From assembly GCA_022793875.1 (NCBI GenBank), contig JAAWDR010000028.1, positions 23,544 to 87,543 on the forward strand: a DNA stretch of 64,000 nucleotides. Direction: 5' to 3'. Under the pieces are notes generated by a model, which had not been told where the DNA came from, made no database searches, and was given only the letters and a program-made list of their open reading frames with translations. The position numbers were made by a program, and so were the translations under genes. Positions 9,689 through 20,412 of this stretch are shown piece after piece (position 1 is the stretch's first letter; each line of letters starts with the position of its first letter). The stretch is from Clostridia bacterium (GTDB lineage: Bacteria > Bacillota > Clostridia > TANB77 > CAG-508).

Positions 9689-9865
9689 TTATCTTTCTTC
9701 ATCATCCTCTAATGATTTTATTGCTTTTATATCTAAGCTTACACTTCCTGTTGATTTTCCTTTTTTTAATTGTTCTTTTGCTTGTTTTAGTATTGTTTGA
9801 TTATCTGGTATATTGGGTTCATACTCTTTAGCTATTATATATCTTACATCTTCTCTCAATCCCAT
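9689..9865 (-). CDS. small hypothetical protein (58 aa), below the ORF-track cutoff
   Basis: My translation: MGLREDVRYIIAKEYEPNIPDNQTILKQAKEQLKKGKSTGSVSLDIKAIKSLEDDEER. The ATG lies 4 nt after the upstream gene's stop, with AAGGA just before it. Confidence 0.4.
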   Translation of the reverse strand: MGLREDVRYIIAKEYEPNIPDNQTILKQAKEQLKKGKSTGSVSLDIKAIKSLEDDEER

Positions 9866-9868
9866 ACT

Positions 9869-10276
9869 TTATCCTTTCATTATATCATTAATTTTATTAA
9901 TTACTTCATCTACACTTTCATAAGCTAAGAAATTAATTTTTTCATCGCCTCTAAGAAATCCAGATACATTAGCCCCTTTTTCATAAATAGCATAAATGTC
10001 TTTTCCTAAGTTTTCTGCATAAGATATTTCATATCCTACTCCTAAAGATGGTAATGTTATATCTGCAAAAACTATATCGCATTCTTTTAGCCATTTAATA
10101 TCCCTTTCATATATTTCTTTAAAAGACATGTTTTCACCTTTAACAGAAAGATTTGGGTCAGCAACATGTTTTGTTAAAACCTCTGCTCCACATTTTTCAA
10201 ATTGTTGTACCATTTTCTGATAATCGTAAACCTTTTCTCTCCCTCCTCTGATTGCTCCTGCAAAATAAATTTTCAT
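9869..10276 (-). CDS. nucleoside 2-deoxyribosyltransferase-like / DNPH1 (RCL)-type 2'-deoxynucleoside 5'-phosphate N-hydrolase
   Basis: 135 aa. MKIYFAGAIRGGRE... and GVGYEISYA resemble the DNPH1/RCL family. Confidence 0.6.
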   Translation of the reverse strand: MKIYFAGAIRGGREKVYDYQKMVQQFEKCGAEVLTKHVADPNLSVKGENMSFKEIYERDIKWLKECDIVFADITLPSLGVGYEISYAENLGKDIYAIYEKGANVSGFLRGDEKINFLAYESVDEVINKINDIMKG

Positions 10277-10314
10277 GTTTTTTCTCCTTTTCTTTTTTTA
10301 TTTCATAATATAAA

Positions 10315-11829
10315 TTAAGGATTATTAATTGGCTTCATTGTTGGAAATAATAAAACATCTCTAATTGATGCAGCATCTGTTAGTAACATTACCAATCTAT
10401 CAACACCAATTCCAAGACCACCAGTTGGTGGTAAACCAATTTCTAAAGCGTTAATATAATCTTCATCCATCATTGCAGCTTCTTCATCTCCAGCTTCTTT
10501 TGCCTCAACTTGTTTTTTAAACCTTTCATATTGGTCAATTGGATCATTTAATTCTGAAAATGCATTTCCATATTCTCTTCCAGCAATAAATACTTCAAAT
10601 CTTTCAGTCATTTTCTTATTATTTGGACATTTTTTAGCAAGTGGTGAGATTTCTACTGGATATTCATATATAAATGTTGGTTGTATCAAAGTTTTTTCTA
10701 CATATTCATCAAAGAATAAACTAATTACATCTCCTCTTGTTTCCTTTGTTTTATCTGGTATTTCTATTCCTCTTTCTTTTGCCAGTGCAACTGCTTCTTC
10801 ATCAGAAGTAATTTGATTGAAATCAACTCCACAAGCTTCTTTTATTGAGTCAATCATTGTAATTCTTTTCCAGCCTGGTGTTAAATCAATTTCTTGACCT
10901 TGATATGTAATTTTTGTTGTTCCTAATATTTCTTGTGCTGTTCTTGAGAATATCTCTTCCGTTATGTCCATCATATCATTATAATCTTCATAAGCTGCAT
11001 ATAATTCAAGTTCTGTAAATTCTGGATTATGTCTTATATCCATTCCTTCATTTCTAAATACTCTTCCTATTTCATATACTTTATCTATTCCACCAACTAT
11101 TAATCTTTTTAAGTTTAGTTCTAGTGCAATTCTTAAATACATGTCTAAATCTAATGTATTATGATGTGTTATAAATGGTCTTGCAGAAGCTCCACCTGAT
11201 ATTGTATTTAATATTGGTGTTTCAACTTCTAAGTATCCTTTTTCATCTAATATTTTTCTTATATTACTAATTATTTTACTTCTAATTACAAAACTTTCTT
11301 TTACTTCTGGATTTACAATTAAATCTGTATATCTTTGTCTATAACGTAAGTCAGGATCTTTTAATCCATGGAATTTTTCTGGTAATGGTCTTAAAGATTT
11401 TGAAAGTAATGTTACTTCTTTTGCATGTACTGATATTTCTTCAGTTCTTGTTTTAAAAACAAATCCTGTAATTCCAATTATATCTCCAATATCAAAAGTT
11501 TTAAATGCTTTATAACTTTCTTCTCCTAAATCATTTATACTTACATAACTTTGAATTTTCTCATCACAGTCTTGTATTGTACAAAATGATGCTTTCCCCA
11601 TTATTCTTTTCGCTATAATTCTTCCAGCAATAGTAACATCTTTTTCTGCAAATTGTTCATAATTTGCTTTTATTTGACCTGCTGTATTTGTTCTATTAAA
11701 TTTTGTAATTTCAAAAGGATCTTTCCCTTGTTCTTGTAATTCCTTTAATTTGTCTCTTCTTATTTGCATTAGATGATTTATATCTAATTCTTCAATTTGC
11801 TCATTATTATTATTTTGATTTTCATTCAT
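10315..11829 (-). CDS. lysS: lysine--tRNA ligase (class II)
   Basis: 504 aa with an OB-fold N-terminal domain. Motifs [15 protein letters not shown] and [14 protein letters not shown]. Confidence 0.95.
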   Translation of the reverse strand: MNENQNNNNEQIEELDINHLMQIRRDKLKELQEQGKDPFEITKFNRTNTAGQIKANYEQFAEKDVTIAGRIIAKRIMGKASFCTIQDCDEKIQSYVSINDLGEESYKAFKTFDIGDIIGITGFVFKTRTEEISVHAKEVTLLSKSLRPLPEKFHGLKDPDLRYRQRYTDLIVNPEVKESFVIRSKIISNIRKILDEKGYLEVETPILNTISGGASARPFITHHNTLDLDMYLRIALELNLKRLIVGGIDKVYEIGRVFRNEGMDIRHNPEFTELELYAAYEDYNDMMDITEEIFSRTAQEILGTTKITYQGQEIDLTPGWKRITMIDSIKEACGVDFNQITSDEEAVALAKERGIEIPDKTKETRGDVISLFFDEYVEKTLIQPTFIYEYPVEISPLAKKCPNNKKMTERFEVFIAGREYGNAFSELNDPIDQYERFKKQVEAKEAGDEEAAMMDEDYINALEIGLPPTGGLGIGVDRLVMLLTDAASIRDVLLFPTMKPINNP

Positions 11830-11849
11830 TTTCTAATTTCTCCTCTTCT

Positions 11850-11960
11850 GAGGGATTAAGGGGACAGGTCTTAAAATCCCTCTTTAATTATATTTACTTA
11901 ACAATATTAATTATATTTCTATTTCAAGAGGGATTTTAAGACCTGTCCCCTTAATCCCTC
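11850..11960. repeat. long inverted repeat, family B (34-bp perfect arms, 43-nt loop)
   Basis: gagggattaaggggacaggtcttaaaatccctct (11850-11883) has its exact reverse complement at 11927-11960. Each arm is itself a hairpin (GAGGGATT...AAATCCCTC). The element lies between the obg stop and the lysS start. Confidence 0.9.
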
Positions 11961-11971
11961 ATATTTTTTTA

Positions 11972-13248
<1,277 letters not shown>

Positions 13249-13308
13249 TTTCTCTCCTTTTTAATATAAATCATTATTTTCACTATCTAAGAATTCACAT
13301 ATAAAGAT

Positions 13309-13359
13309 GTGTCCCCAATGGGACAAAATGTCCCAAACAGAAACGTCCCCAATGGGACA
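13309..13359. repeat. GGGAC/GTCCC double-hairpin element, family C
   Basis: gtgtccccaatgggacaaaatgtcccaaacagaaacgtccccaatgggaca. It directly abuts the trpS stop codon. Confidence 0.85.
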
Positions 13360-14373
13360 TTATTCAAAATAATTCAACATCATTGCATCTTTAACTTTTT
13401 TCATAGTTTCTCTTGCAACTTTTCTTGCTCTCTCTGTGCCTTCAATTAAAATTTTGTCCACTTCTTCTGGATGAGCTTCATAATATGCTCTTTTTTCTCT
13501 TATTGGTCTTAGCTCTTCAATAATATTTTTTGCTAGTTGTTTTTTACAAGCAACACATCCACGTTTTCCTGCTTTACATTCTTCACATACTGCTTTTACA
13601 TCTTCTTTTGATGTAAATAAGTTGTGATAATATGCAACCATGCATACATCAGGATTTCCTAAATCATCTTTCTTTATACGGTTAGGGTCTGTTACTGCAC
13701 TCATTACTTTTTTTGTTATTTCTTCTTCACTGTCTGATAAGTATATTGCATTTCCTAGTGATTTTCCCATTTTTTCGTTTCCATCAAGTCCTTTTATTCT
13801 TTTTGCACTTGATAAAACTGCTTGTGGCTCTTTTAGTACTCCTTCTCCATATATACTATTGAATTTTCTTACTATTTCTCTACATTGTTCAATTAGTGGT
13901 AATTGATCTTCTCCTACTGGTACTAATTCTCCTTCAAATGTTGTTATATCTGCTGCTTGGCTTACTGGATATCCTAAAAATCCATATGTTACACTTTCTC
14001 CAAATAAGTCTTTCTTTTGAGCTATTTCTGTTTTTACTGTTGGATTTCTTTGTAATCTTGCTATTGTTACTAAATTTGAATAATATATTGTTAGTTCTGC
14101 TGTTTCTGGTATCATTGATTGTATATATATTGTTGTTTTATTTGGGTCTATTCCAACTGATAAATAGTCTATTGCTACTTCTCTTACATTTTTTCTTACT
14201 TTTTCTGGATTGTTAAAATTGTCTGTTAATGCTTGAACGTCTGCTATTAATATAAATGGGTCATATTCTGGATTTTCTTGTAATTCTAATCTCTTTTTTA
14301 ATGAACCAAAATAATGTCCTATATGTAATCTTCCTGTTGGTCTATCTCCTGTTAATATTCTTTTTCTTTTCAT
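13360..14373 (-). CDS. trpS: tryptophan--tRNA ligase with a C-terminal cysteine cluster
   Basis: 337 aa with GDRPTGRLHIGHYFG (HIGH) and KMGKSLGN (KMSKS). Also carries C-x18-C-x2-C-x6-C-x2-C (DVCMVAYYH...AVCEECKAGKRGCVACKK). Confidence 0.9.
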   Translation of the reverse strand: MKRKRILTGDRPTGRLHIGHYFGSLKKRLELQENPEYDPFILIADVQALTDNFNNPEKVRKNVREVAIDYLSVGIDPNKTTIYIQSMIPETAELTIYYSNLVTIARLQRNPTVKTEIAQKKDLFGESVTYGFLGYPVSQAADITTFEGELVPVGEDQLPLIEQCREIVRKFNSIYGEGVLKEPQAVLSSAKRIKGLDGNEKMGKSLGNAIYLSDSEEEITKKVMSAVTDPNRIKKDDLGNPDVCMVAYYHNLFTSKEDVKAVCEECKAGKRGCVACKKQLAKNIIEELRPIREKRAYYEAHPEEVDKILIEGTERARKVARETMKKVKDAMMLNYFE

Positions 14374-14520
14374 ATCGTATTACCTTTCTTTTATTTATTA
14401 TTTATGCATTGATAATTTTGATATATCTCCTTGAAATACGCTTAATTATTATATCATATGAAACCTAAAAAGTCCACAAAACAAATAAAATTTTCTTCAA
14501 TTTTATCTACAAAAAGGTTA

Positions 14521-14550
14521 CAAAAAGCCCTAGTGATTTCTCACTAGAGC
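14521..14550 (-). terminator. intrinsic terminator ending the five-gene operon
   Basis: Minus strand reads gctctagtga-gaaa-tcactagggc followed by ttttt, 27 nt after the stop at 14577. Confidence 0.7.
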
Positions 14551-14576
14551 TTTTGTCTTTAAAACTTTGTAAAATT

Positions 14577-15875
14577 TTATTTAATCTCTTCAAATGCTAT
14601 TTGCCAAAATACATAACATCCTTGTTTTTTCGCTTTCGAAGATTCTTCTCCTATAATTTTTTCAAATTCCTTATATTCAGAAGACTCTCTATCAAATTCA
14701 ACCATTTTGAATAATTTTTCAATTTTTCCTTTATTCATTTTATATAAAATATTACGATGTGTATTTGTCTCTTGCCTTTCATATCTCCTATTATAAACAA
14801 ATATTTTGTATGTTCTGCCAGGATATTCTACATAACATGACATATTATCAAACATTGTTTTATTAATCTTTTGAAGTTCTTCTACTCCAATTTCTGGTTG
14901 TATAGCCTTTACATAAATTCCATTATTTTTATATCTAATCTTCTTGCTGGTTGGAAAATCCTTACAATTATTATGTTCCATTTTTAAAAAAGCATAGAAA
15001 TTTCTCAAATAGAAATCACAAACTACAGGTATATCCTTTTCTTCTAAAAATATTGTTGCATTTAAACCTATATCTTGCACTTTATTAATCCTAATACATG
15101 GTTCTACACAACTCAAAGGTAACATCATAAAATTGTAAATTCTATTTACTAAAAAATCAGTGTCTTTAGGAACAACTTCATGAATTATTTCTTCCAATTC
15201 CCTTTCTATAAGAGAATATGTTACTTCTTCTACATCCAAATTATCTGTAACTGCATATATTTTTTGAATGTCGGAATAAGTTTTGGTTATAAGCATTATA
15301 GGATTGCTTTGTAAAAGTGAACTTTCATATATTTTCACTATTTTATTGCATACTTGCTCACTTATTTTTGGTTTTAATGATACTTCTAATATTCTGCCAA
15401 ATGCATATTCAGCATTATTCAATGTTTCTGATAAACTTTCAATATCAGGAATATATTTAATCGATGTTTTTAAATATATATTAGCTATTGAATCAGTTTG
15501 TCTTATACTATCATTTTGTTCATCCTTCCAACTTCTATAATCTTTCATAAGATTTTTAAACTCAGGATAGCATTTTTTAAAACACTCTATTAAAACTGGA
15601 TGAGAAACTTCATCTATTTCAAAAAATTCCTCTGGTACTACTTTAAAATTCAAATCTGAATTCACACTATAAAGTATGGAATCTTTTTCAACAAATACTG
15701 CTTGTTTTGGAATTTTTATTGATATTTTCTCCCACATTTCTTTAATCCGCCACTTCATAGCATCTTCCTGATATAATTCATTAAAATATTCTTTAAACAT
15801 ATCATTTATGACATCTTCTGCAAATCCTTCTTTGTGAACATACCATTTTCTTTCATTAATATTTAATAAAATCAT
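14577..15875 (-). CDS. hypothetical protein (432 aa), fifth gene of the operon
   Basis: Intact ORF with AAAGGAGAA SD, 26 nt after the upstream stop. I recognise no motif. Contains an in-frame CGG. Confidence 0.6.
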   Translation of the reverse strand: MILLNINERKWYVHKEGFAEDVINDMFKEYFNELYQEDAMKWRIKEMWEKISIKIPKQAVFVEKDSILYSVNSDLNFKVVPEEFFEIDEVSHPVLIECFKKCYPEFKNLMKDYRSWKDEQNDSIRQTDSIANIYLKTSIKYIPDIESLSETLNNAEYAFGRILEVSLKPKISEQVCNKIVKIYESSLLQSNPIMLITKTYSDIQKIYAVTDNLDVEEVTYSLIERELEEIIHEVVPKDTDFLVNRIYNFMMLPLSCVEPCIRINKVQDIGLNATIFLEEKDIPVVCDFYLRNFYAFLKMEHNNCKDFPTSKKIRYKNNGIYVKAIQPEIGVEELQKINKTMFDNMSCYVEYPGRTYKIFVYNRRYERQETNTHRNILYKMNKGKIEKLFKMVEFDRESSEYKEFEKIIGEESSKAKKQGCYVFWQIAFEEIK

Positions 15876-15901
15876 ATCATTCTCCTTTTCCTTTATTAGT
15901 T

Positions 15902-16765
15902 TTAAATTGCATCTCCTCCTGCTGTTACATAGTTTCCTGAATAAAAGAATTTTTCCATACAGTCACAATCCCTTCCTAAAGAATTTCTCAATGTTGTTCT
16001 GGCCAAATCATAATCATACAATGAAAATACGACTATGACTAAATCAGAAGAGTTTAACTTTGAAAGATATTTTAATGTCTTATAATCCAATTCTTTTAGT
16101 TCTAGAATCACTAAAAATTTCGAATCATAATTTCTTGAAAAAGATGAAAAATTTATAATCTGTTTGATGCGATTAATAACACTCAACAGATTTCTATCTC
16201 TTTCATTTCTTTCATTTATTCTTTTTAATGTTACAAGTGTTGTTTGATATTCATCATATTCTTGATGATTGTCATAAACCTTTTCTAATCCAATCATTAC
16301 ATCCTTTAAATAAAACTCAATATCATACTGTCTAGTAAAATTATCTCTTAAATACTTATAAAATATTGCTGCAATGTTATTATAAACATCTGATAATGCA
16401 GAAGAGCAATCTGCTTGTCCTGCAAAAATAAGATTTTCACTTACTTCTCGTAAATTATGACACAAATTATTAACAATAACATCAGAATTGATTCCAAAAA
16501 CTCCAATCATGTTAGTTGATGCTCTTCCTGATACAACTCTTTTAACACATCTTATTAATTCATTAGATGCATTATATTGTATTTCTTGAATATCTTCTTC
16601 GGAATCCTCGCTATGTTCTTGCAAATTTTCTTCTACTAAGATATCATTATTAGAACTGATATCTTTTTTCGGTCTTTCAAGAATTTCCTGATTTTCAGGA
16701 TTTTCCTGTTTCTTTTTTTCTTCTACAAAGTCACATTGAAACCGAATAACCCTCTTAATTTTCAT
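15902..16765 (-). CDS. hypothetical protein (287 aa) with an acidic N-terminal region, fourth gene of the operon
   Basis: Intact ORF with AAAGGAGC SD. I recognise no family. Confidence 0.6.
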   Translation of the reverse strand: MKIKRVIRFQCDFVEEKKKQENPENQEILERPKKDISSNNDILVEENLQEHSEDSEEDIQEIQYNASNELIRCVKRVVSGRASTNMIGVFGINSDVIVNNLCHNLREVSENLIFAGQADCSSALSDVYNNIAAIFYKYLRDNFTRQYDIEFYLKDVMIGLEKVYDNHQEYDEYQTTLVTLKRINERNERDRNLLSVINRIKQIINFSSFSRNYDSKFLVILELKELDYKTLKYLSKLNSSDLVIVVFSLYDYDLARTTLRNSLGRDCDCMEKFFYSGNYVTAGGDAI

Positions 16766-16791
16766 CTTTTTGCTCCTTTCATAAATTAAAT

Positions 16792-18168
16792 CTAGGAACC
16801 ATTACATAATAATAATTTTTTTGCTTTTTGTTTTATTCCCTTCTTAAAGTTTCCATTTTCAAAAATACTATAAAACATACTCCTAACTTCTAAAGTGTAT
16901 TTTTCTCTCAAATATTTTTGATTTCTCTGAAAGTCGAATTCACTTCTTGAAGCACTAATATATTCTGAAACTTCTTGTAAAACTTCTTCCAATTTAAGTT
17001 TAATATTAGTATCCACTCCAGCAATACAATTGTATTTTTGTCTGTTATTTAAAATATTTTTTGGCAAAGTTTTAAAAAAACTATATGATTTTAAATATTC
17101 TTCAATAACTGACATTTCAAAATTATTGCTTGTAGGATATGCACAAGCACCAAATCTATCCTTAATGAAATTCAGCCTTTTTTGCCTTATTTCTAAAGGA
17201 ATTTGATTTTCCATAATAGATGCAGGTGTTTCTAAAACTTGCTCATAACTTGCAACTCCTATGTCACTAAAATAGCCTTTTTCCAGATATTTTACCAAAT
17301 TTTGAAATTCCAGTTGGGTTTCACCAGGAAACCCAACTATGACTTCTGTTGAAATAATTAAATCTGGTCTTAATTCTTTTAATTTCTGAATCCTTTTATC
17401 TGTAAATTCAAATGATGGTCGGTTCATTTTTTTAAGAATTGTGTCAGAAACATGCTGAATATGCAACATTATTTCTACAATATTCTTATTTTGAGATATA
17501 ACAGAAATCATTTCATCTGTTAATCCTACTGGATGAAACCATCCAATAACATAATTACAATCTGGAAACTGTGTACAAATTTTCTGTAACAACTTAGGAA
17601 AGCTCGGCTTTCCATACAAATCAATTCCATAATCTGAAGTCTCCTGTGCTCCAGTAATATATATTGTTGTTTCTGTATCGTATAAATCTTCAACTTCTAG
17701 CAAAACATCTTCTATTGGCTTACTTTTATAATTTCCAACAATCAATGGGTACACACAGTATGAACATTTTTTCAAACATCCTTCTGAAACAATTACCCTA
17801 TTTTGAGGAACTATCTTTTCAAAGTGACAAATCTTGGACTTTTTGAAAAAGTTAATTAGTTCTTTAAAACTTTTAACTTCTATTCCAGGAATAGCTTCTA
17901 ATTCCTCTTTATTGATTGAAAGTAAACAACCTGTTACAATTACTTTTGCATCTGAACGGCTATTGGCTCTAACATCTGCAATAACCTGTACACTATACTT
18001 CTTTTTTTCTCCAAAAGCACATGTTTGAATAATAACAATATTTGCTATTGTATAATCACAAACAATTTCATAACTACCATTTTGCATAATGTAATTTAAT
18101 AGAACATTAGACCGTTCTATATCCATATGCATATCATTACACATTATAATAGCAATCTTTTTCTTCAT
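16792..18168 (-). CDS. radical SAM enzyme of the methylthiotransferase (MiaB/RimO-like) type; divergent, no recognisable TRAM domain
   Basis: It has a UPF0004-like N-terminal domain (IIMCND, IQTCAFG, VTGCL). The radical-SAM CxxxCxxC motif is present (EGCLKKCSYCVYP), followed by GFPGET. Start trimmed to MKKKIAII at 18168 (GGAG SD, 4 nt after the upstream stop). Confidence 0.75.
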   Translation of the reverse strand: MKKKIAIIMCNDMHMDIERSNVLLNYIMQNGSYEIVCDYTIANIVIIQTCAFGEKKKYSVQVIADVRANSRSDAKVIVTGCLLSINKEELEAIPGIEVKSFKELINFFKKSKICHFEKIVPQNRVIVSEGCLKKCSYCVYPLIVGNYKSKPIEDVLLEVEDLYDTETTIYITGAQETSDYGIDLYGKPSFPKLLQKICTQFPDCNYVIGWFHPVGLTDEMISVISQNKNIVEIMLHIQHVSDTILKKMNRPSFEFTDKRIQKLKELRPDLIISTEVIVGFPGETQLEFQNLVKYLEKGYFSDIGVASYEQVLETPASIMENQIPLEIRQKRLNFIKDRFGACAYPTSNNFEMSVIEEYLKSYSFFKTLPKNILNNRQKYNCIAGVDTNIKLKLEEVLQEVSEYISASRSEFDFQRNQKYLREKYTLEVRSMFYSIFENGNFKKGIKQKAKKLLLCNGS

Positions 18169-18172
18169 ATTT

Positions 18173-18727
18173 TTAGCTCCATTCCTTAAGATGTACTTCA
18201 GAAACATTATTCTGATAATATTCTGGTTTCTTTTTTGTACTATCAATATGTCCTAATGCTTTTTCGATAATTCCAAAGTTCATACATGATTTTCCTTTAA
18301 AACCAGATGTTTCAACATTAATCTTACCATCAGAATCGAAACTGATTATAGCTTTTCCTCCAGATTTTTTGTCCATCAGTTTGAGTTTACCTTCTTCAGC
18401 TGGATAAACTTTATATCCGTTTTTCTTAGCTTCAATCTTCAATTTTTCAATTGAATACTGTCTTAAAAGTTCACTTCCCTGATGTCCAATGAATCTTTCA
18501 ACATGACCTTCATAAAAGTCAGCATCTATATCATAAGTTCCACCTGTTTTAGCTTCAATTGCCACATCATATTTTCCTGGAAGCTTAATCACATGTTCTC
18601 TGGTTTGAGCACCATAATAGTACCGACAAGTTGTATTAGATTCTAAACTTAAGTTCATATTAGTAGCAGCCTGTTTCAATGCTTCTAAATCTTTAATTTC
18701 TGCTGTTATTCTTGTAAAATGGCTCAT
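18173..18727 (-). CDS. DUF1257 (Ycf35-like) - DUF2997 fusion protein
   Basis: The N-terminus MSHFTRITAEIKDLEALKQA resembles the characteristic DUF1257 start. The C-terminus GKINVETSGFKGKSCMNFGIIEKALG resembles DUF2997. The ATGA start overlaps the AAA+ gene's stop. Family assignment is from memory, not a search. Confidence 0.6.
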   Translation of the reverse strand: MSHFTRITAEIKDLEALKQAATNMNLSLESNTTCRYYYGAQTREHVIKLPGKYDVAIEAKTGGTYDIDADFYEGHVERFIGHQGSELLRQYSIEKLKIEAKKNGYKVYPAEEGKLKLMDKKSGGKAIISFDSDGKINVETSGFKGKSCMNFGIIEKALGHIDSTKKKPEYYQNNVSEVHLKEWS

Positions 18728-20304
18728 TTTTGCTCCTCCTTTTCAAATCGCATTACTCTTGAACCTTTTGTTTCAATTGGATTAGTTTCTATTTGAACCT
18801 TAGGGGCAACATTAGCATTTCTTATTCCATGAGTTATACTCCAATTTCTTAGAGAACTTACTGTATCACTCATAATCCCTTTTGCCATCGGATTAATCTT
18901 TGACATAGCAATTACCAAGTCATCTGTGGTATATGGCCTTTTTCCATCATTCCATGCATAAAACATTGAAGAAATAACACATTCCTCAATTTCTGCTCCA
19001 GTATATCCATCAGATACACTTGCAAGCTTTTCAATATCAAAGTCTTCTGCTTTCCTTTTCTTTTTCTCAATCTGAATCTTAAAGATTTCTTTTCTTTCTT
19101 CTTCACTTGGTAAATCAACGAAAAAGATTTCATCAAATCTACCTTTCCGCAAAAATTCTGGTGGCAAAGAAGAAATGTTGTTAGCAGTAGCAATTACATA
19201 TACAGGTACTTCTTTTTCCTGTAACCATGTAAGAATAGTCCCAAACATTCTTGAAGTCACACCTGAATCTGTTTTTCCACTACTTCCAACTCCAGATAAA
19301 CCTTTTTCAATCTCATCAATCCATAAAATAGCAGGTGCCATAGCTTCTGCTATTTCTAAAGCCTTTCTTGTTTTTGCCTCAGTATCACCTACCAAAGAGC
19401 CAAATAGTTTGCCTAAGTCTAACTTAAGTAATGGCTTTTTCCACATATTTGAAAGTGCTTTAGCAGCCAAACTTTTACCACATCCAGGAATTCCTACAAG
19501 CAATACACCTTTAGGATATGGCAATCCATAATTCTGTGCTTCTTCTGAATATGCCGAAAACCTTTCTTCTGCATAACTTATGAACTCTTTCATCCCTCCA
19601 ACTGTTTCCAATGTTTCTTTTGATTGCATATATTCAAGCAAACCGTCTTTACAAATAATTTGCCTTTTAACATTATTTATAATATCAACATCAAAAGTTC
19701 TTGTTTTTGAAAATGATGTTGCAAATGCATTTTCAGCTTCAAACATTGTAAGTCCAAGAGCTGCATCAATAGCATCATCAATATTCTCAGGAATATTAAC
19801 ATTGTATCCCTTGCAAATTCCTATTGCAATTTCTCTTAAATCGTCTTTTTTAGGCAAATCTAAATTTGTTATAATTACCTCATGTTCAAGTTCAGGTGGT
19901 GTATCAAATTTACTGCTTATAAAAAGATAGATTATTCCTTGTGTTTTAGCACTACTGAATACATCTTTTGCTGTCCGCCAAACAGAAGGAGATTTAATAT
20001 ATGGATGAAAATCTAACATACAATAAATTGTGTTCTCTCCATAATTTAAGCCTTGTGTTAATGCTTCTTCATCAGGTGAAATATTAATATCCATATCTTT
20101 TTGAGATATGTCTTTGCCATTTTTATCAAAAAGATATTGGATAACACCTTTTGTTTCTGACCATACATAAAACTGCATTTTTACACTTTGAGCTATTCTA
20201 CAACATTCTTCAATGCCCCGTTCTTCTTCAGAAGTGTTCAAAACAATGGCTGGATATCCTGCATATATATAGTCCTTTAATTGTAGAGAAGTTTGTGCAC
20301 TCAT
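18724..20304 (-). CDS. Ycf46-like AAA+ ATPase (N-terminal degenerate domain plus C-terminal AAA module)
   Basis: 526 aa. Walker A is GIPGCGKS, Walker B is ILWIDEIEK, sensor-1 is ATANN, and the Arg region is FLRKGRFDEIFFVD. The N-terminus (YPAIVLNTSEEERG) resembles Ycf46-type proteins. Confidence 0.8.
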   Translation of the reverse strand: MSAQTSLQLKDYIYAGYPAIVLNTSEEERGIEECCRIAQSVKMQFYVWSETKGVIQYLFDKNGKDISQKDMDINISPDEEALTQGLNYGENTIYCMLDFHPYIKSPSVWRTAKDVFSSAKTQGIIYLFISSKFDTPPELEHEVIITNLDLPKKDDLREIAIGICKGYNVNIPENIDDAIDAALGLTMFEAENAFATSFSKTRTFDVDIINNVKRQIICKDGLLEYMQSKETLETVGGMKEFISYAEERFSAYSEEAQNYGLPYPKGVLLVGIPGCGKSLAAKALSNMWKKPLLKLDLGKLFGSLVGDTEAKTRKALEIAEAMAPAILWIDEIEKGLSGVGSSGKTDSGVTSRMFGTILTWLQEKEVPVYVIATANNISSLPPEFLRKGRFDEIFFVDLPSEEERKEIFKIQIEKKKRKAEDFDIEKLASVSDGYTGAEIEECVISSMFYAWNDGKRPYTTDDLVIAMSKINPMAKGIMSDTVSSLRNWSITHGIRNANVAPKVQIETNPIETKGSRVMRFEKEEQK

Positions 20305-20343
20305 TTTTTTAAGTCTCCTTTCAAAATTTTATTATTAGTCTTA

Positions 20344-20361
20344 TTGCAATAATTATTGCAA
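20344..20361. promoter_or_regulatory. perfect 18-bp palindrome in the operon 5' leader (candidate operator or RNA hairpin)
   Basis: ttgcaataattattgcaa, located between the -10 box and the ATG at 20304. Confidence 0.4.
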
Positions 20362-20383
20362 CTGCTACAAAATATTTTTATAG

Positions 20384-20412
20384 ATTATATCATAGTGTAC
20401 ATAAAAAATCAA
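20384..20412 (-). promoter_or_regulatory. sigma-A-type promoter of the five-gene operon
   Basis: Minus strand reads ttgatt-17 nt-tataat, about 80 nt upstream of the ATG. AAAGGAGA SD lies before the start. Confidence 0.6.

Noticed and set aside
9689-9865. The 58-aa ORF as a class I Fic antitoxin.
   Set aside because: It lacks the S/T-xxx-E-G/N inhibitory motif, which is instead present at the C-terminus of the Fic protein itself. I keep it only as a low-confidence small CDS.
18169-18246. Long N-terminal extensions in the ORF track: 18246 for the rSAM gene, plus 3702, 44236, 52260, 57307, 60030 and 63577 for other genes.
   Set aside because: Internal starts have proper SD spacing. The extensions overlap upstream genes or run through repeats or SD sequences, and several begin at a TTG or GTG inside the SD.
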